In this document: piece after piece, positions 10,461 through 23,269 of the stretch
How positions within the stretch are numbered: position 1 is the stretch's first letter
Layout: each line of letters opens with the position of its first letter
From: Hydrolagus affinis
Lineage: Eukaryota
Assembly: GCA_012026655.1 (NCBI GenBank)
Contig: JAAILG010000182.1
Location: 1 to 64,000, forward strand
Reading direction: 5' to 3'
Length of the DNA stretch: 64,000 bases
Notes under the pieces: generated by a model
Told to the model about the DNA's origin: nothing
The model's database searches: none
What the model saw: the letters and a program-made list of their open reading frames with translations, nothing else
Position numbers and translations under genes: made by a program

Positions 10461-12169
10461 TCAAAATCCGAGACTGTTTTATGATCTTGTTGTGAATAAG
10501 TGTTGCAAATGCTATTCTCTTCTAGCTGCGTATTCCTTTCATTTTACCATTGAGGTGCCTCTGTATCCACCTTAGGCGTTGTTGGAGTTTTAAAGTTAGG
10601 GTCTTTGCAGCTTCTTGTGCATTACCAGGGGAGATGTGGAGACTATATGAAACCTGGAGATTCACAACCGGTTAACTGATCCATCCTTCTATTTCATGGC
10701 CAACATTGCAGGTGTTTTTTTTTTTGAGGTGGTGGATTTTAGCTTGCTGCAGAAGAGCTCAGGACCTCAGAGTTAAGTCCATTTGTGGCAGTTCCAGAGA
10801 TGATATTTAACCCATTAATCTCTTTGGTTTAGATGGTGCTCTTAATTGCTGAATCCAATCGATCCCTGGTTGGGGTGTGCTGTTTCTTAACCGCTTTGAT
10901 CAAAAGATCACAACTTGAGCTTGGTTGAAGAAGTCCATTCGGCCTATTTGAAATCCTTCCAGATCACCATTCCATCTACCATCTTCCGATCACAGTATTA
11001 AGCTTTTTTTTTGCTTTTGAAAATGAAATAGCCAAGCAACCAAGATAGGTAGGCACTTAGTTAGGGAAACTGAAAGTTTCTCACCTTCAATCATACGCTT
11101 CTCAGTCGAGCATGTTTTGTCTAGTTGTTAGATTGAGAAACCAGGTATTTTATGTATTAAGCAGTGTGGTGCTTTGATGTCTAACTGGCCTCAATTTGAA
11201 TTGTAGAATTCTCTAGCTGAAGGTCCATCTATCAGCCTGGAGAAGGGAAGTCTTCGAATTAGACTGTTGTTGCATTTTAAAGAAAAATACATTCACATAT
11301 GCTCATGCTTTTCCCCCAGGAATGAGGTGGTATAGACCGAAACATGTACGTTTTGTAATCAGAGAGATGGTTTTGATCAACAGTGCTGTGGTGCTTTGGT
11401 GTTTAAAGGTTCCTGCAGCTTGATCTGTTTATACAGGATTCTTTTTTCCTTGTCGAGTGGGAATGAGTGAGGGTGGGTGGAGAACTAAACCACATTAAAC
11501 CAGGTCACCCGAGAAAAACAAACTGCGTAGAAAATCCAGCAGCTCTATTTTATAACTTTTTAAGAAAATCAAGTTTTTCTTCCCTTAAAAGGGACCAGGA
11601 AAAGGGAAAGAATTTACATTTAAAATTGTCAAATAACTCACTGTATGTACAAATGTACTACAGATAATATTTTCACAGAGTGTACAGCGACAGTTGGGAC
11701 AAAACAGACTAGCATTTTTTCAATGGACTTTATCTCCATTCACCCAATGATATTAAAAACATCAAGCTTTTGTGAAAAAGCCTGTGATCTGCCTTCTCTC
11801 CACATATTACAAATCTCGAAGTTTGTTTTTTCACATTTTGGAAAATGACAGCAGCGCTTAGGAATGTTTTCATATATTGAGATGTTTTCTCTCGCGCTCT
11901 CCCTCTCTCCCTTCATTGGTGAAATGCAAAATATTTCAATCTTTCCCGTTTTTTCTCTTATTTTCAAAGTTAACCCAAAACAATTTGAAAAGATTTTGTG
12001 GAACAGATTACTGTATTGTGCATTTTCAGTTTGTTTAAGGATTAATCGGATTTAAAAACGACACCAGAGCAACAAAGGAGCATTTGTGTCAAACTGCAAA
12101 GGAGACTGTTATAAATATGAAGTAGTCCCTTGGCACCACAAGGATAGCTGTTTTTCTTCTCTCGCTTGC

Positions 12170-12198
12170 ACTCGCGCTCTCTCTCTCTCTCTCTCTCT
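12170..12198. repeat. (CT)n microsatellite
   Basis: Direct dinucleotide run. Confidence 0.9.
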
Positions 12199-12574
12199 CC
12201 CCCACTGCTCTTAGAGCAGGAGTCACGCAGTTTGTGTGGGAGCACGGTGCAGATTAACCCAGCTCAACAGTGCACTTCCGCCAATTGTTTCTGGACATCT
12301 CCCATTAAGGTTGGAAAGGGGGGGAGAAAAAAAAGCACCAGCCTTTTCTGGCGCTTGACAGCTTTCATCGTGGAAGAAGGCGTTTTTTTTGCGGACTCCT
12401 CTGGTAAACCCTGGCTGCTTTTGATCTCCGAGCACAGTTTGTTTTCAGTAGAGACAGCGAGATATCTGGTGAAACCCCACCAGAGCTGCCTGGAGGATGA
12501 CTTGCTCGAACAACGCTCTATATGATTCTGGTTATAACTCATGCTGAGTCAAGTGCAGAATATGGTCGAAAAGT

Positions 12575-12595
12575 ATGGCTTATTTCCCTTTGTTG
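12575..12595 (+). other. Candidate alternative first mini-exon (MAYFPLL, phase 0)
   Basis: AAGT-ATG-G (A at -3, G at +4), seven codons, then the strong donor TTG|GTGAGT at 12596. It follows a GC-richer UTR-like stretch (12150-12540). Upstream ATGs in other frames (12522, 12541, 12562) make the reading frame ambiguous. Confidence 0.3.
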
Positions 12596-13404
12596 GTGAG
12601 TACTGGCATAAGGCAAAAAAAATAATCTGACAATGGAAATACATCTCTTTCACGTTGCGACTTCCAAGTATTTGTTTAAAATTAAGTTTTAAAAGGCTTT
12701 ATGAGATTTGCCGACTGCATAAAATTTACTGGCAATTTAAAGTTGTTTAATATTAATGGGAACTATACGCACAGATTCTTACTTAAATGGAGACTATATG
12801 TATACAACCTACATCTGTAATGTAATGTGCCACACATTAGGATTTTTATTTAATGTATTTAAAGAATACTCTGAATTTGATGATCTTTCCTTCCTTAGTG
12901 ACCAAGGAATGTGGCAATGGATTTATTTTACCTAATCTGTTTGCTGATTTAGTATAAGGTTAATATGATGGATCTTGTATTGTTTTGTGCATGTTTGTCA
13001 CTGGTGAACGTTTATCATAGTATTTATACATATACATAAGTGCGACCATATATCTTGGATCAAAATTTTATTTTGTACTTTATAAACCCAGGAAAGCTTT
13101 TTGCCAAAAAGAAGCTTTTCTTCATGCAGTTGTGTTTTATATTTTTTCCATAAATATTAAATTTATCCTGGGATGCTCCATTGGGAATGTAAATTCCTAA
13201 CGAGCACACTGTAATATTGGCAGACAATATGCATTATCTTGAAATGGAAAAACTATCTCCTAAAACTACTCTTTATTGATTGATGAAGCGCTGTTCTATA
13301 TCAGTGCTTGGCATTTTGGTGATGGATAGAAAGCGATTAGTTCAGAAGCTAAATACTGTATTGGTATTTTCCCGGTTTAGCTTAAATAAGTCCTGTAGAG
13401 TCCT

Positions 13405-13712
13405 GTAATTCTGTGATTATTCTTGTTAGCACTCGCCTTGCAAGCAGGAGACTTGGGTTTGATTCCTGCTAGGGTGAAACTTTGGGCAAGTTTCCTTACT
13501 CCACATGCCTGATAATAGTCCCTCAAGAAAAAAATCAATAATAAATTGGTCACGTCAATCCACAACTGTTCATGGGACACTACTGTGTGTGTTTGGCTGC
13601 TGCATTTTGCCCACAAATATACAGCCAATTCACGTTACAGTACATTCTGTGAAGTACTTTGTATCTAGAAGACTTGAAAAGTGCTATATCAAATGCAAGG
13701 ATTATTATTATT
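13405..13712 (+). mobile_element. Full-length tRNA/Deu SINE (short subfamily)
   Basis: Head (AGCACTCGCCTTGCAAG...GGTTTGATTCC), GGGCAAGTTTCCTTACTCCAC, Deu core and an ATGCAAGGATTATTATT tail. Confidence 0.85.
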
Positions 13713-14959
13713 TTTATTACGAATATCCTGTGCTTGACAAGCGATTTATTGGGGTCTTTAGGAGGTTGGAATTTGACTCACTACTGTGCTGTCGGTTGGC
13801 CTGGTGACCTGACAATGGTGACCTGGTGAGAGATGCTTCCTTCTCGCACTGTAAGTTTATTGATGTCAGGGTCTGTCCACCATTGCTCACATCACACTTG
13901 CCAGGAAGTTCCTGGAAGAGTTGAAAGTGCTGTGCTTTTTTGTTTCTCTGCTGATATGAAATATATTCCTTAGTGAGAAAAAAGTTTGACCCCCAAGCAT
14001 CCCATAGTGCCGCACGTCAGGAAATAATGTTCAAGTGCTTATTGAGCGCTGAACTATGCCATGATTCGTGCTGGGTTTCTTAGTTCAATGGGGTGTTTTG
14101 TGAAAGGGGTTTGTGCACAGGCTTGCATTGGACAAAATAATCTAGTCCTTGTTTTGTGCATAATATTTTACAGCTCAAGTTTTCTGCAAGTGCTTTGTGC
14201 ATGAGGAATGTAGTTTTCAATGCAATTCTTCACAACCCCTTGATCCAGCTGGTGGTGCAAAGAGCTGTGTAATGTCCAGAACACTCCAAACACTGATTGG
14301 TCACTCATTCATGACTGTTTGTGGGACAAACTGCCACATTTTGGCGACAAAATACACAGTTAATCCACTTTACCAATACATTCTTTGAAGCATTTTGAGA
14401 CATCTCAATGACATGGTAAAGTGCTATATCAAATGCAAGGATTATTATTAAGCACAACAGCAAAATAGTAATAATGTTGGTGTGAATTAGAGCCTTTTAA
14501 CCAAATGGTCGTTGCAAGTCCTATCTCAAGACCCTCCTCTTCGACAGTGCCATCGGATACCCCGTTCTCCCCCATTCCCTCCACCCTCCCCGATCCCACC
14601 CCTAGCTTGGGTCCAAAACACTGACTGTCCAGTGCCTTGGGACGTCCTCAAGGACAATGTGAAAGGCGCTATACAAGTGTAATTTTGTTGTTGTTTTTGG
14701 TCCGTTCAATGTTTCAATCTGAATATTCTCTAATGTCACACGCTTGCTGAATTGTTTCTGAACAGTCAAATCTTTTGTAAGAATGCTTAACTTGAGAATA
14801 ATTTGTGAAATAGCACATGAGACTATCTTTGATCATCATTAACTCAGTCATTAGTCAACAGTTGTAATGAAATTGTAGAGAATTAGTAAGACAAAGATCT
14901 AAAAAGGAGAAATAAAGCAAGGTTTGGTTGGGAAAAAAGTTAGCATTAATTAGATAATA

Positions 14960-15328
14960 ATAATAATCCTTGCATTTGATATAACGCTTTTCACTTCTTC
15001 TTGACGTCTCAAAGTGCTTCACAGAATATACCGTAAAGTGAATTGACTGCATATTTGTGGGTGTAATGCGGCAGACAGTTCTGGACGAAATCTGGTAGCC
15101 AATTGTGCACAGTAGTATCCCGCAAACAGTTATGGATTGAGTGAACAAATTAGTAAAATTTTTTTTAGGGATTATTAGCCCTGGGAAAAGAATCCACCAA
15201 TTCACTAACAGATGGGTTCCTACTTACTGCTCAGGCGTGTGGAGTAAGTAAACTTGACCAATATTTTGCCCAGCCGGGAATGGAGGCCAGGTGAGGCAAG
15301 TGTTCTGGCCACCGAGCTATAGGTCTCC
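14960..15328 (-). mobile_element. Full-length tRNA/Deu SINE (long subfamily)
   Basis: Same family in the reverse orientation, including the extra internal segment GCAGTAAGTAGGAACCCATCTGTTAGTGAATTGGTGGATTC. Confidence 0.8.
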
Positions 15329-15689
15329 ACAAGTCTTATAAAGTGCTGTAACCCTATGCATTTTTTAGGCAAGAAAGCTATCAGAGATGCAGCTTGGGCA
15401 CTGTGGGCTAAATAACAATTGTGTGCTCTATATTCCTATGATTCAAAATGATTAGTATGTAAGCAAAGACACCCAGCATTGAGAAAATTTAACATAAGCA
15501 CTTGGACTTGTGACTCCTTGAAACTTGTTGTGTTGGAAGCATATATTTGATCTTTTGCATTCTTGTGCAATAGATTACACAATGTATAAAGTAAGCAGGT
15601 TTTATTCTTTGGTTCTGAGTCATTTTCCTTGCTGATTGTAGGTGGAAAATTGAATCAGATGTAACTTGATACTGTGCTAAGATCTATAA

Positions 15690-15985
15690 AATGCTGAGTT
15701 TTGACAGGGAGGATAGGGAGAAATTATTGCTGTGGTCAGTGAGCTAGAGACCAGCATCAATTTAAGATGATTACCAAACGGGAACGATTAGGAGAATTTA
15801 CATAATGTCCTACAGGAACAGTGTTGAACAGCTTTTAAGAGGGAAGTACAGGTATCCAAAAAGGAGACTTTCCAGGAATATGGGGAAAAAGCAGGTAGAG
15901 AGGACTGATTAGATTGCTCTTTCAAAGAGCCAACAGAGGCATGATGGAGCCGAATGACCTACATCTGTGCTGTAAAGTTCTATAG
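15690..15985 (+). mobile_element. CR1 LINE 3' fragment
   Basis: TTTGACAGGGAGGATAGGGAGAAATTATT...GGAATATGGGGAAAAAGCAGG...GCTCTTTCAAAGAGCC...GGAGCCGAATGACCTACATCTGTGCTGTAAAGTTCTAT parallels the end of the CR1 at 40450-41512. Confidence 0.65.
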
Positions 15986-16679
15986 GGTGGTTTCTGAGTT
16001 CATGGTCCTGGAGAGATTGACTATTTACCAATGTGTTAGTCCCATAGGCCCATTGTCCATTTCAAGCTCCAACAATCCTGGTTATCTCTGTGTTTGAACT
16101 ATATAGCAGTAAGGATGAGATTCTACTCACACCTGTCCAAGAAGAGAGAGAGAGAGATTTTTCCTTGGTTGCAATATCAGCGTCTCATAGTGCTTCATAA
16201 ATAATCACAGTGAAGTGTGGTGACTGTCCTCCCGACGCTTTGGGATGTCCTCCCGACGTGAAAGGCGCTATATGAGTGCAATTTTGCTGCTGTTGTTGTT
16301 TCTGTTGACAAAAGGTGGCAATTCTTTGTATCAGCAAAGCCCCAGCAGATAGATAGCCATAAAGTGAAGGATCAATTAATCTGGAGGATCGCAAGCCAGG
16401 AGAAGGGGGAGAAATTTATTTTGAACAGTGCCACAGGATTGTTAACATGCACCCAAACAGGCAGCAGGCAGGAGAAAAGAGAGCCAACCTTTGCTGTTGG
16501 TAATGTTTGCAGGATTATTGGATTGTTGCATGGTACAGCTGCAACATCTGATTCCGGTCATACACATGCAATTCCCTCTTTGGCTTGAGCTACAGCTGGA
16601 CTGTTGAAAACTAACAAATCCCTCCCTCAGGACGGATGAGCCTTAAGGTTACTAGGGAAGACACAGCAGGAGATTCCAC

Positions 16680-16893
16680 CACTGGGAAAGTTCCAACAGG
16701 CTGAGAAGTAAATGTTCTCCTGTTCAATAATGGTGATGTAACCATACCTAACAACTGTAGATCCTTCTGCCTGATGTGAATAATATAGATAATGGAATCA
16801 TTCATCAGAAAGAAAATAGATTACTTGGGTACAAAATAATCTAATAAACAACAGTCAACATGGATTCAGAAAGGGCAGATGTCTGATTGACTA
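16680..16893 (+). mobile_element. CR1 LINE RT N-terminal fragment, degenerate
   Basis: Remnants of W..ANV.P.F..G...P.NYR and YLGTK.S.KQQSQHGFRKGRCL (CAACATGGATTCAGAAAGGGCAGATGTCTG). Confidence 0.6.
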
Positions 16894-18297
16894 AGGATCA
16901 TTTGTTAGATCACCTTTTCCCTCCACCCCAACCCCTCCCCACATCCCCCCAATCCAGTTATATGAAGAGCTTTGAGACATCCACCTGATGTGAAAAGCAC
17001 TACATAAATGTAAATTGATGTGTAATTCTAAAGAAGCCAAGACCCAACAAACAAACACTGTGTGATTCATGGCTTCTGTCAGGTGTGGCTGGCATCCAGC
17101 TGCAGTGTAAAACCAGTTTGAAAGAGACAAATAGTATTTTGCCTAAGAAGTATTTTGTTTAAGTACAGGTAACTGATGTTCATTTAGTGTACTCAGCATC
17201 GGGGTTTATTTTGAGAGAGTGAATGAGACTTCTTGGCTGTCGTTCTCCTGAATTACGGATCCTCCGTGCTCGTTAACTCCAGTTATGTCCCACTGCCAAT
17301 TTGTTTCTCTGAGGTCGGTGCCATCGGTGGTATGTGCCAATAGAAAGATCTTCATAACTGCTACTCCACTGGCTAGGATACAGCCAGGATTCACAGTCTT
17401 TAATCTGACAGTTGACCCATGAAGTTGAGCCTGGAGTGAAGAGATGCAATGCAGTTCTTTCTTCAGACTCTAAGTGGTGCTGTTTACAAGTCACCTTAAG
17501 CCAACGTTGAGGAGTTGCTGAATTTGTGTAAAGTATTGCTTTAGTACAGAACAATATGAGGCTGAAGCATGTGTGAGAGACTAGTAAACGTACCTTGGAT
17601 TACTCTGAAATATTATTTCAGATTTCCAGCATCTGCAATAGTTTGCCCTTTGTACCTTGGAATCTTCTCATTTAAGGAAAGCTCAGTTGCACGTACAGAA
17701 TACAAATGTATACATTTGGGTGAAGTTTACCTTTTTAGTTTAAAAAATATATATACCATGCATTTGTTGTAGCTCCTTTCACATCAGAACACTGCAATTG
17801 TAAAATATATCCAATGAACTTCAACCCATTATTTGTACTCCTGCCGTGAAAGGCGCTCTATAAATGTAATTCTATTGTTGTTGTAAAATGCTAAGTGGGC
17901 CAGGGATGTTATATTAATGTTCCATTCATTAAAATTATGAATTTCTACAATGAAATTTATATTTATATAGTATCTTTCCAACCATGTGGACAATTCAATG
18001 ATTGGCTCTGCTGACGAGGCACCCGAGCTGGGGAGTAAGAAGTTGAGTGAATTTGAAACTACTGAGATTTATAAACTATTCGCTCCATCAACACAATTTA
18101 AGTGATTGACTGTTTCCCTTCAAGGGTGACTGGGACTTCTTAGTTTCATTTATCCTATCAGTCACCAATTCCTGTGACTGTCAGCTGACCATGACCTTAG
18201 GAAGCTCTGAATAGCTTTTGCTGCTTCCAACAAGCGGGGTTTTAAAATCTTGCTTTGTCAGTTCCTTAATCAGCAGCAATCTGACTCATGCGTCTAG

Positions 18298-18790
18298 TGT
18301 GCCAGTCTGGCTCAATTGGTACACTCTTGCCACTGAGTCAGATCATTGTGGATTATGCCTCATTTTGAGATCAACCTAGACTGAGCTTTGACTGAGACTG
18401 ATCTCAGTCTAGGTTAACAAACCTACAGTTAATTTTCCTACTTTCCTTCTCCAAACTCTGTGAAGCGCTTTGGGATGTCGATAAGATGTGGAAAGCGCTA
18501 TATAAACTTAAGGATTACTTACTTACTAATAGTGCTGCGTTGGCAGAAGTATTGTTAAATCAAGGCCTTCTCTGCCTGTTTGGATGGATGTTAAAGATTC
18601 CGTTGCTCACTTCAGAAAGAGAAAGGAGCTACTCCTGCTATCCTGACCAACAGTACCCAAATAATTGGTCATTCATTTCATGGCTGTTTGAGGAATTTTG
18701 CTTTGCGTAAGTCTGATGGCCTTGTCTGCCTACAAAGTAGACTATCACTACACTTGGTAGTAACTTCTGTAACGTAATTTGAGACATTTC
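18298..18790 (+). mobile_element. Old SacSINE1/AmnSINE1-like Deu-SINE, interrupted
   Basis: Head GGCTCAATTGGTACACTCTTGCCACTGAGTCAGA, body TGGATGTTAAAGATTCC, Deu core CATGGCTGTTTGAGGAATTTTGCTTTGCG. A younger SINE tail interrupts it at about 18455-18515. Confidence 0.55.
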
Positions 18791-19849
18791 GACTCTTAAT
18801 GGGCTGTATGCTCCCAACGTGAAGGGACATCCTCCCGACGTGAAGGGTGCTCTATAAATGCAAGTTTGTTTGTTTGTATCAAATGCAAGGGTTATTATTT
18901 AGCATTTTTCACAAATTGTGTCTAAAACTTGGATATTGGAAGGAAAGATTCAGGCAGTACCACAGACTCTACAGAACGTGGACAGACATTTTGAACTAAT
19001 TTCATGCTTGAAATCTGTTCAGAAATTGCCTTCACGTACAATAGCTGACTTTCGAGGTAAAACATTTTTTTTTTTAAATTCTCTTTAAGACAGTAAAGCT
19101 CTCCTCCCTTAAGTTAAGCAAAAGATTGTTATGTTTTTGTTACCAGTTTTCCGGTAAATTGCATCTGCATCCAGTGGATGCACCGAAACACAGAGAGGAA
19201 ATGTAATCATGTGGTGAGAAATGGTTAACATGGTGAGAAATCCTGAGGCGCGTATTTATGTATGTTAATACAAATGATAGTTACTTAACACTGCTCAGCT
19301 GCCAGATTCTATATCTAAACTGCTGCATTTTGTAGTGAACTCATATACGAGGAATTCATGATTTCTGGCTCGTGAGCCCAGTGCTGAATTTGAGGCCTTA
19401 CGAGATAATGGAGGAGTTCATGGTTCTGTGTTCTGACGTAGTGCTTGGAAGCACTTTCTGTGCTTTTTAAACCAAGGCTTTATTGAAAGCTCCTGGGTAG
19501 GTCCAGATAATTTTTGTGTGCAAATGACAGCTGTTTTCAAGATGAGTCCCAGATGCAACAGTTCGAAAGGTTTACGAGATGATATGCTTGTTTGGCATTC
19601 CAGTCGGACTTTCCACGCAAACTGCACACAGCAGGGAATTTGAACATCTTGCAATGCAAAATAATTAACTTTGCACGAGCATTAGTTTAGGGTCAAAGAG
19701 ATTTAATGTGAAGTAAATTGCTACATCAAAGTGGCAAGGAAGGGAGAGGGAAATTATCTGTTTTGAAGGTAGATGCTTTAATCTGAATAAGCAACATCCC
19801 ATATGTTCCATCCTTTTTGTGGTGTTGGATGAGAAAGAACTAAAGAGTC

Positions 19850-20270
19850 ACAGAATCATAGAAGTTTTCATCATAAAAGGAGCACATTCGGCCCATCTCT
19901 TTGAAAAGAGCTATTCAAATTCAATCCTACAACCCGGCTCTCTCCCCATAGCCCCACAAAGCCATCCTGCCAATATAACCATCCACTCTCTTTTAAAAGT
20001 TGTTATCGAATCGTCCTCCGCCACCCTTTCAAGCAATGCATTCCAGATTCGAACAACTAGCTAACTATTTGGTGTGGACACCTCGACACTCTGCTTTTTT
20101 TTAACCTTGTGTCACAGAATGTTTTGACTCCCACCTTGATCTCCGTTCTAATATCTCGAATAAGAATAGAAGCACCAAGTGCAGAAATCCCTTTAGTAAT
20201 GCATTTGGTTTTAACTGATGGCAGGTACCTTGGCAATGTTTCAGCAACTGGGATCATGATCTTATCCATT
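19850..20270 (-). mobile_element. CR1 LINE 3' fragment
   Basis: Antisense CR1 end: AGAATCATAGAAG...ATTCGGCCCATC...TTTGAAAAGAGC...CTCTCTCCCCATAGCCCC...CTTTTAAAAGTTGTTATCGAATC...GCAATGCATTCCAGATTCG. Confidence 0.7.
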
Positions 20271-20796
20271 TCTTCCCGCTCCGTGTACTGTCATGAACTG
20301 GCGGTCAGACTGCAGCAGGGCATAAATGGCCACTATATTTTATAGGGGAATATAGCAGTTGATTTGTGCTCAATGATATCCCATAGACAGCCATGACGTG
20401 AATGAATGTCCAATTTTGTCTGGCCAAGATTGTTGGCAGAGAAGGGAGTCCTTTCCTGTAATGTATGTACTGTACTTCTAATACAGCACGATGTTGCATG
20501 TCTAACTGTACTGCCAATAAAGAATGCTCCTTTTAATGTAAATTCCACCACTTACAATTGAACCAGTTTTTCCATTGTTAAGTCCTAGCATCTGCAGTGT
20601 GTTTGAAAATCGTGCATATGTGTGTCTCCATTGAACTGTATCCAGCACAGCCTTTGAGAGCTCAATTTCAGCAACTTAATGAAGAGTGATTTTTTTTTTG
20701 CAAAATGGATCTGGTGTTCAGCATATCAGGAGTGAATTGCAATTCTGTGTAACCTTTATATCCTTTCAAGTATTCTTGGTTTGCCTGCAGTTAGGA

Positions 20797-21125
20797 GGCC
20801 TGTAGCGTATTGGTTAGAGCACTCACCTCTCAAGCGAGAAGACCCATGTTCGAATCATACACAAAGTGAAACCTTAGGCATGTTTCCTTCCCAATTGTTG
20901 GTCGATTGGTGGATCGCATTCTGGGGGGGTAATAATACATTCCCCAAACTAATAATAGTTTGGTTACTCAATCCATGACTGTTTGTGGGACATTAATATG
21001 TGCAATTTGCTGCTTTGTCTTGCCCACAGTATATATAGTCCATTCACTTCACAGTATATTCAGTGAAGTGCTTTAATATGTCACTGACATAATCAGGTGC
21101 TATATCAAATACAAGTGTTGTTATT
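20797..21125 (+). mobile_element. Full-length tRNA/Deu SINE, diverged
   Basis: Head CCTGTAGCGTATTGGTTAGAGCACTCACC...GTTCGAATC, Deu core CATGACTGTTTGTGGGAC, and the family tail. Confidence 0.8.
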
Positions 21126-23134
21126 ATTGGTTGATGTGATATTGCATATAAGAAGTGAATGAACACCATTACAAGGAAGTGTCAGGTTCATATTTGTTCC
21201 ATTCTGTAGTATGTCTTGCTCTGCTTAAGATGGAGGAGATTGAGCCCGATTTCAACAGATGGTTTTGATTCAATGTTTTGTGATGCCATAACGCTTGATG
21301 AGTTACACTAGAATGTGTCTTCAATGCTATGTTTGGGTTTGTAACTTGTTTGTTTTGTTTCCAAATAATGTTAATTATTCCTTGAATTAATTGAACTTTG
21401 ATTTGCTCATGTGTGAAAAATCTAACCAAACGTGGATTCTGACAAAGTATCATGGTTCTGAACTAATGTTTATGAACCTCCCTTGACTGAAATGTAGTTC
21501 AATAATAATGGTTGTATTTGATCCACCTTAGCACATCATTGAGATGTCTTGAAGCACAAAGAGCAGTAACTACATTTTGTCAGTGATCTCGGCAGGGGAT
21601 TTGTGAACTGCAATGTCCCATCTGGGTTTGGAGATCCACAAAAAAAACCTCCAAACAAAATCTTCAGCGGAAACGGATTGCGTGAGTTGTGTCAGCACTC
21701 GAGTGTTGCCTGAGCTGATGTGCGTTACAGTTGGAAATAATTTCTGGTGTTTTGCTTGGCACTGGGCTTCTCAGCACCAAAGAGCTCCACACAAAAATAC
21801 AGGCTCCAGTTACAGTTTTTATTGCATATGGGAGAGTTGGGTGAAAATGTGAAGTCAGCCTTTTAACTGGTAAACTACTAAAGGAAATGGATTCTCTTCA
21901 TTGTCCTGCAGCTTTTAAAGTTGAAACCTGTGCATTTCTCACAGGGCAGTTTAAAAAGTTCAGTCCACTGTAAACATTTGATTAAAGTGCCCTCTGTGCC
22001 AGTGAATACAATCCAAGCCTAACTAGCCTTTCATGATAGTTTAAACCCGTTTCTCCCAGCCTCATTAAAGGAAATGATGAATGTGGTGTTTTTTGCACAC
22101 AATACAGTAAAAAAAAATGCTCCGTCTTGTACGTGTCTGCAGAAAATCTTAAATCTGCAAAATTACATTTTTAAAGGCGTTATACAAATGTAAATTTGTT
22201 GTTGTTACTGCCGAAAGAAGCAATTACATTTACTCGTATAAAAGTTTTGTAAGCATTCATCTTTGCTTTGTGAAAATCAAATTCAGCTTTGAAATTGCTC
22301 ACATGGCAGTTATTTTAATTTTAAAACAACATATTTTGTCTTCTTATTTAGGCTACAGGAAGACAGCCTCTGTACAACAATTAAACGCAGCATCGTTCAT
22401 GAAACTTGAAAATTCCATTTGACCAATCAAGCCTGTTTTTCTCTCTCTCAGATTTCCCCACTGACTTTGTGGAGAGCAAGATTGCGTCTAGATTATTCAT
22501 CCAGCTTCACACCTCCATTATTCAAAACCTGACCTCCATCCCATTGCCACAATCCACGTAGCAGCATGTAAATCAGTCATTCAGGACTATGTGGCTGGTC
22601 CAAAGTAAAGGAATGTCAGTCATTGCTTCTACAATGTGTTGAAGCTCCTGTCTTTTTAGCCAGCTCCCTCCCCTAGTCCAGGAACTGAAGCCAATTCCTG
22701 CCTTGGCTGAAGCCAAACTGAGATCAGCCATTGCAGGTTTAGAGGCACCCCGGTTTCCACTGGTCTTTGCCACACTGCGGATTGGAACAATAAAATAATA
22801 ACAATTTGGTGACTCAATTCACCACTGTTTGCAGGACACTGTGGTGGCAATTAGCTGCCACATATTGGGAATTATTATTATTATCATTATTTACCCAGAG
22901 AACTATGAGCGAAATTGGTTTCCCTTTCACTAGTTGCTTATCTAGTGTAATCAGTGTGAATTGATAATGGAGAGCACATGGAAGGGTTCCTGGTTGTGAC
23001 GTGTACTGCAAGTTTATTGAATGGTAATCAAAGTTAATTACCAGTATCTGGTGGGCCGGGAAGTGTACACGTAGTGTTACTTGGGTTCGAATGCTTGGGT
23101 TGTGTGGTTTGCGGTGGTCGAATCTCTTGTCTCG

Positions 23135-23269
23135 ATGCCCTCAACCACCTACGGATCAGTTTTAGAGTTGATCAGACCCCTACCAGTTTTGTACCGAATA
23201 TGTGTTATGCACATCCGTGCCTCTTCAGTGCAAAGCAACAAGATCAAAGGTTTGCAAATGTTTGAAAAG
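23135..23269 (+). other. Candidate alternative first exon (45 codons, MPSTTYGSV...LQMFEK, phase 0)
   Basis: Open frame from ATG 23135 to the donor AAG|GTAATT at 23270. Unique sequence upstream contains TGACGTGT and CCGGGAAGTG motifs. The Kozak context is weak and I recognise no homology. Confidence 0.2.

Noticed and set aside
17206-17554. GC-richer segment with two minus-strand ORFs
   Set aside because: No recognisable protein motif or consistent splice frame on either strand.
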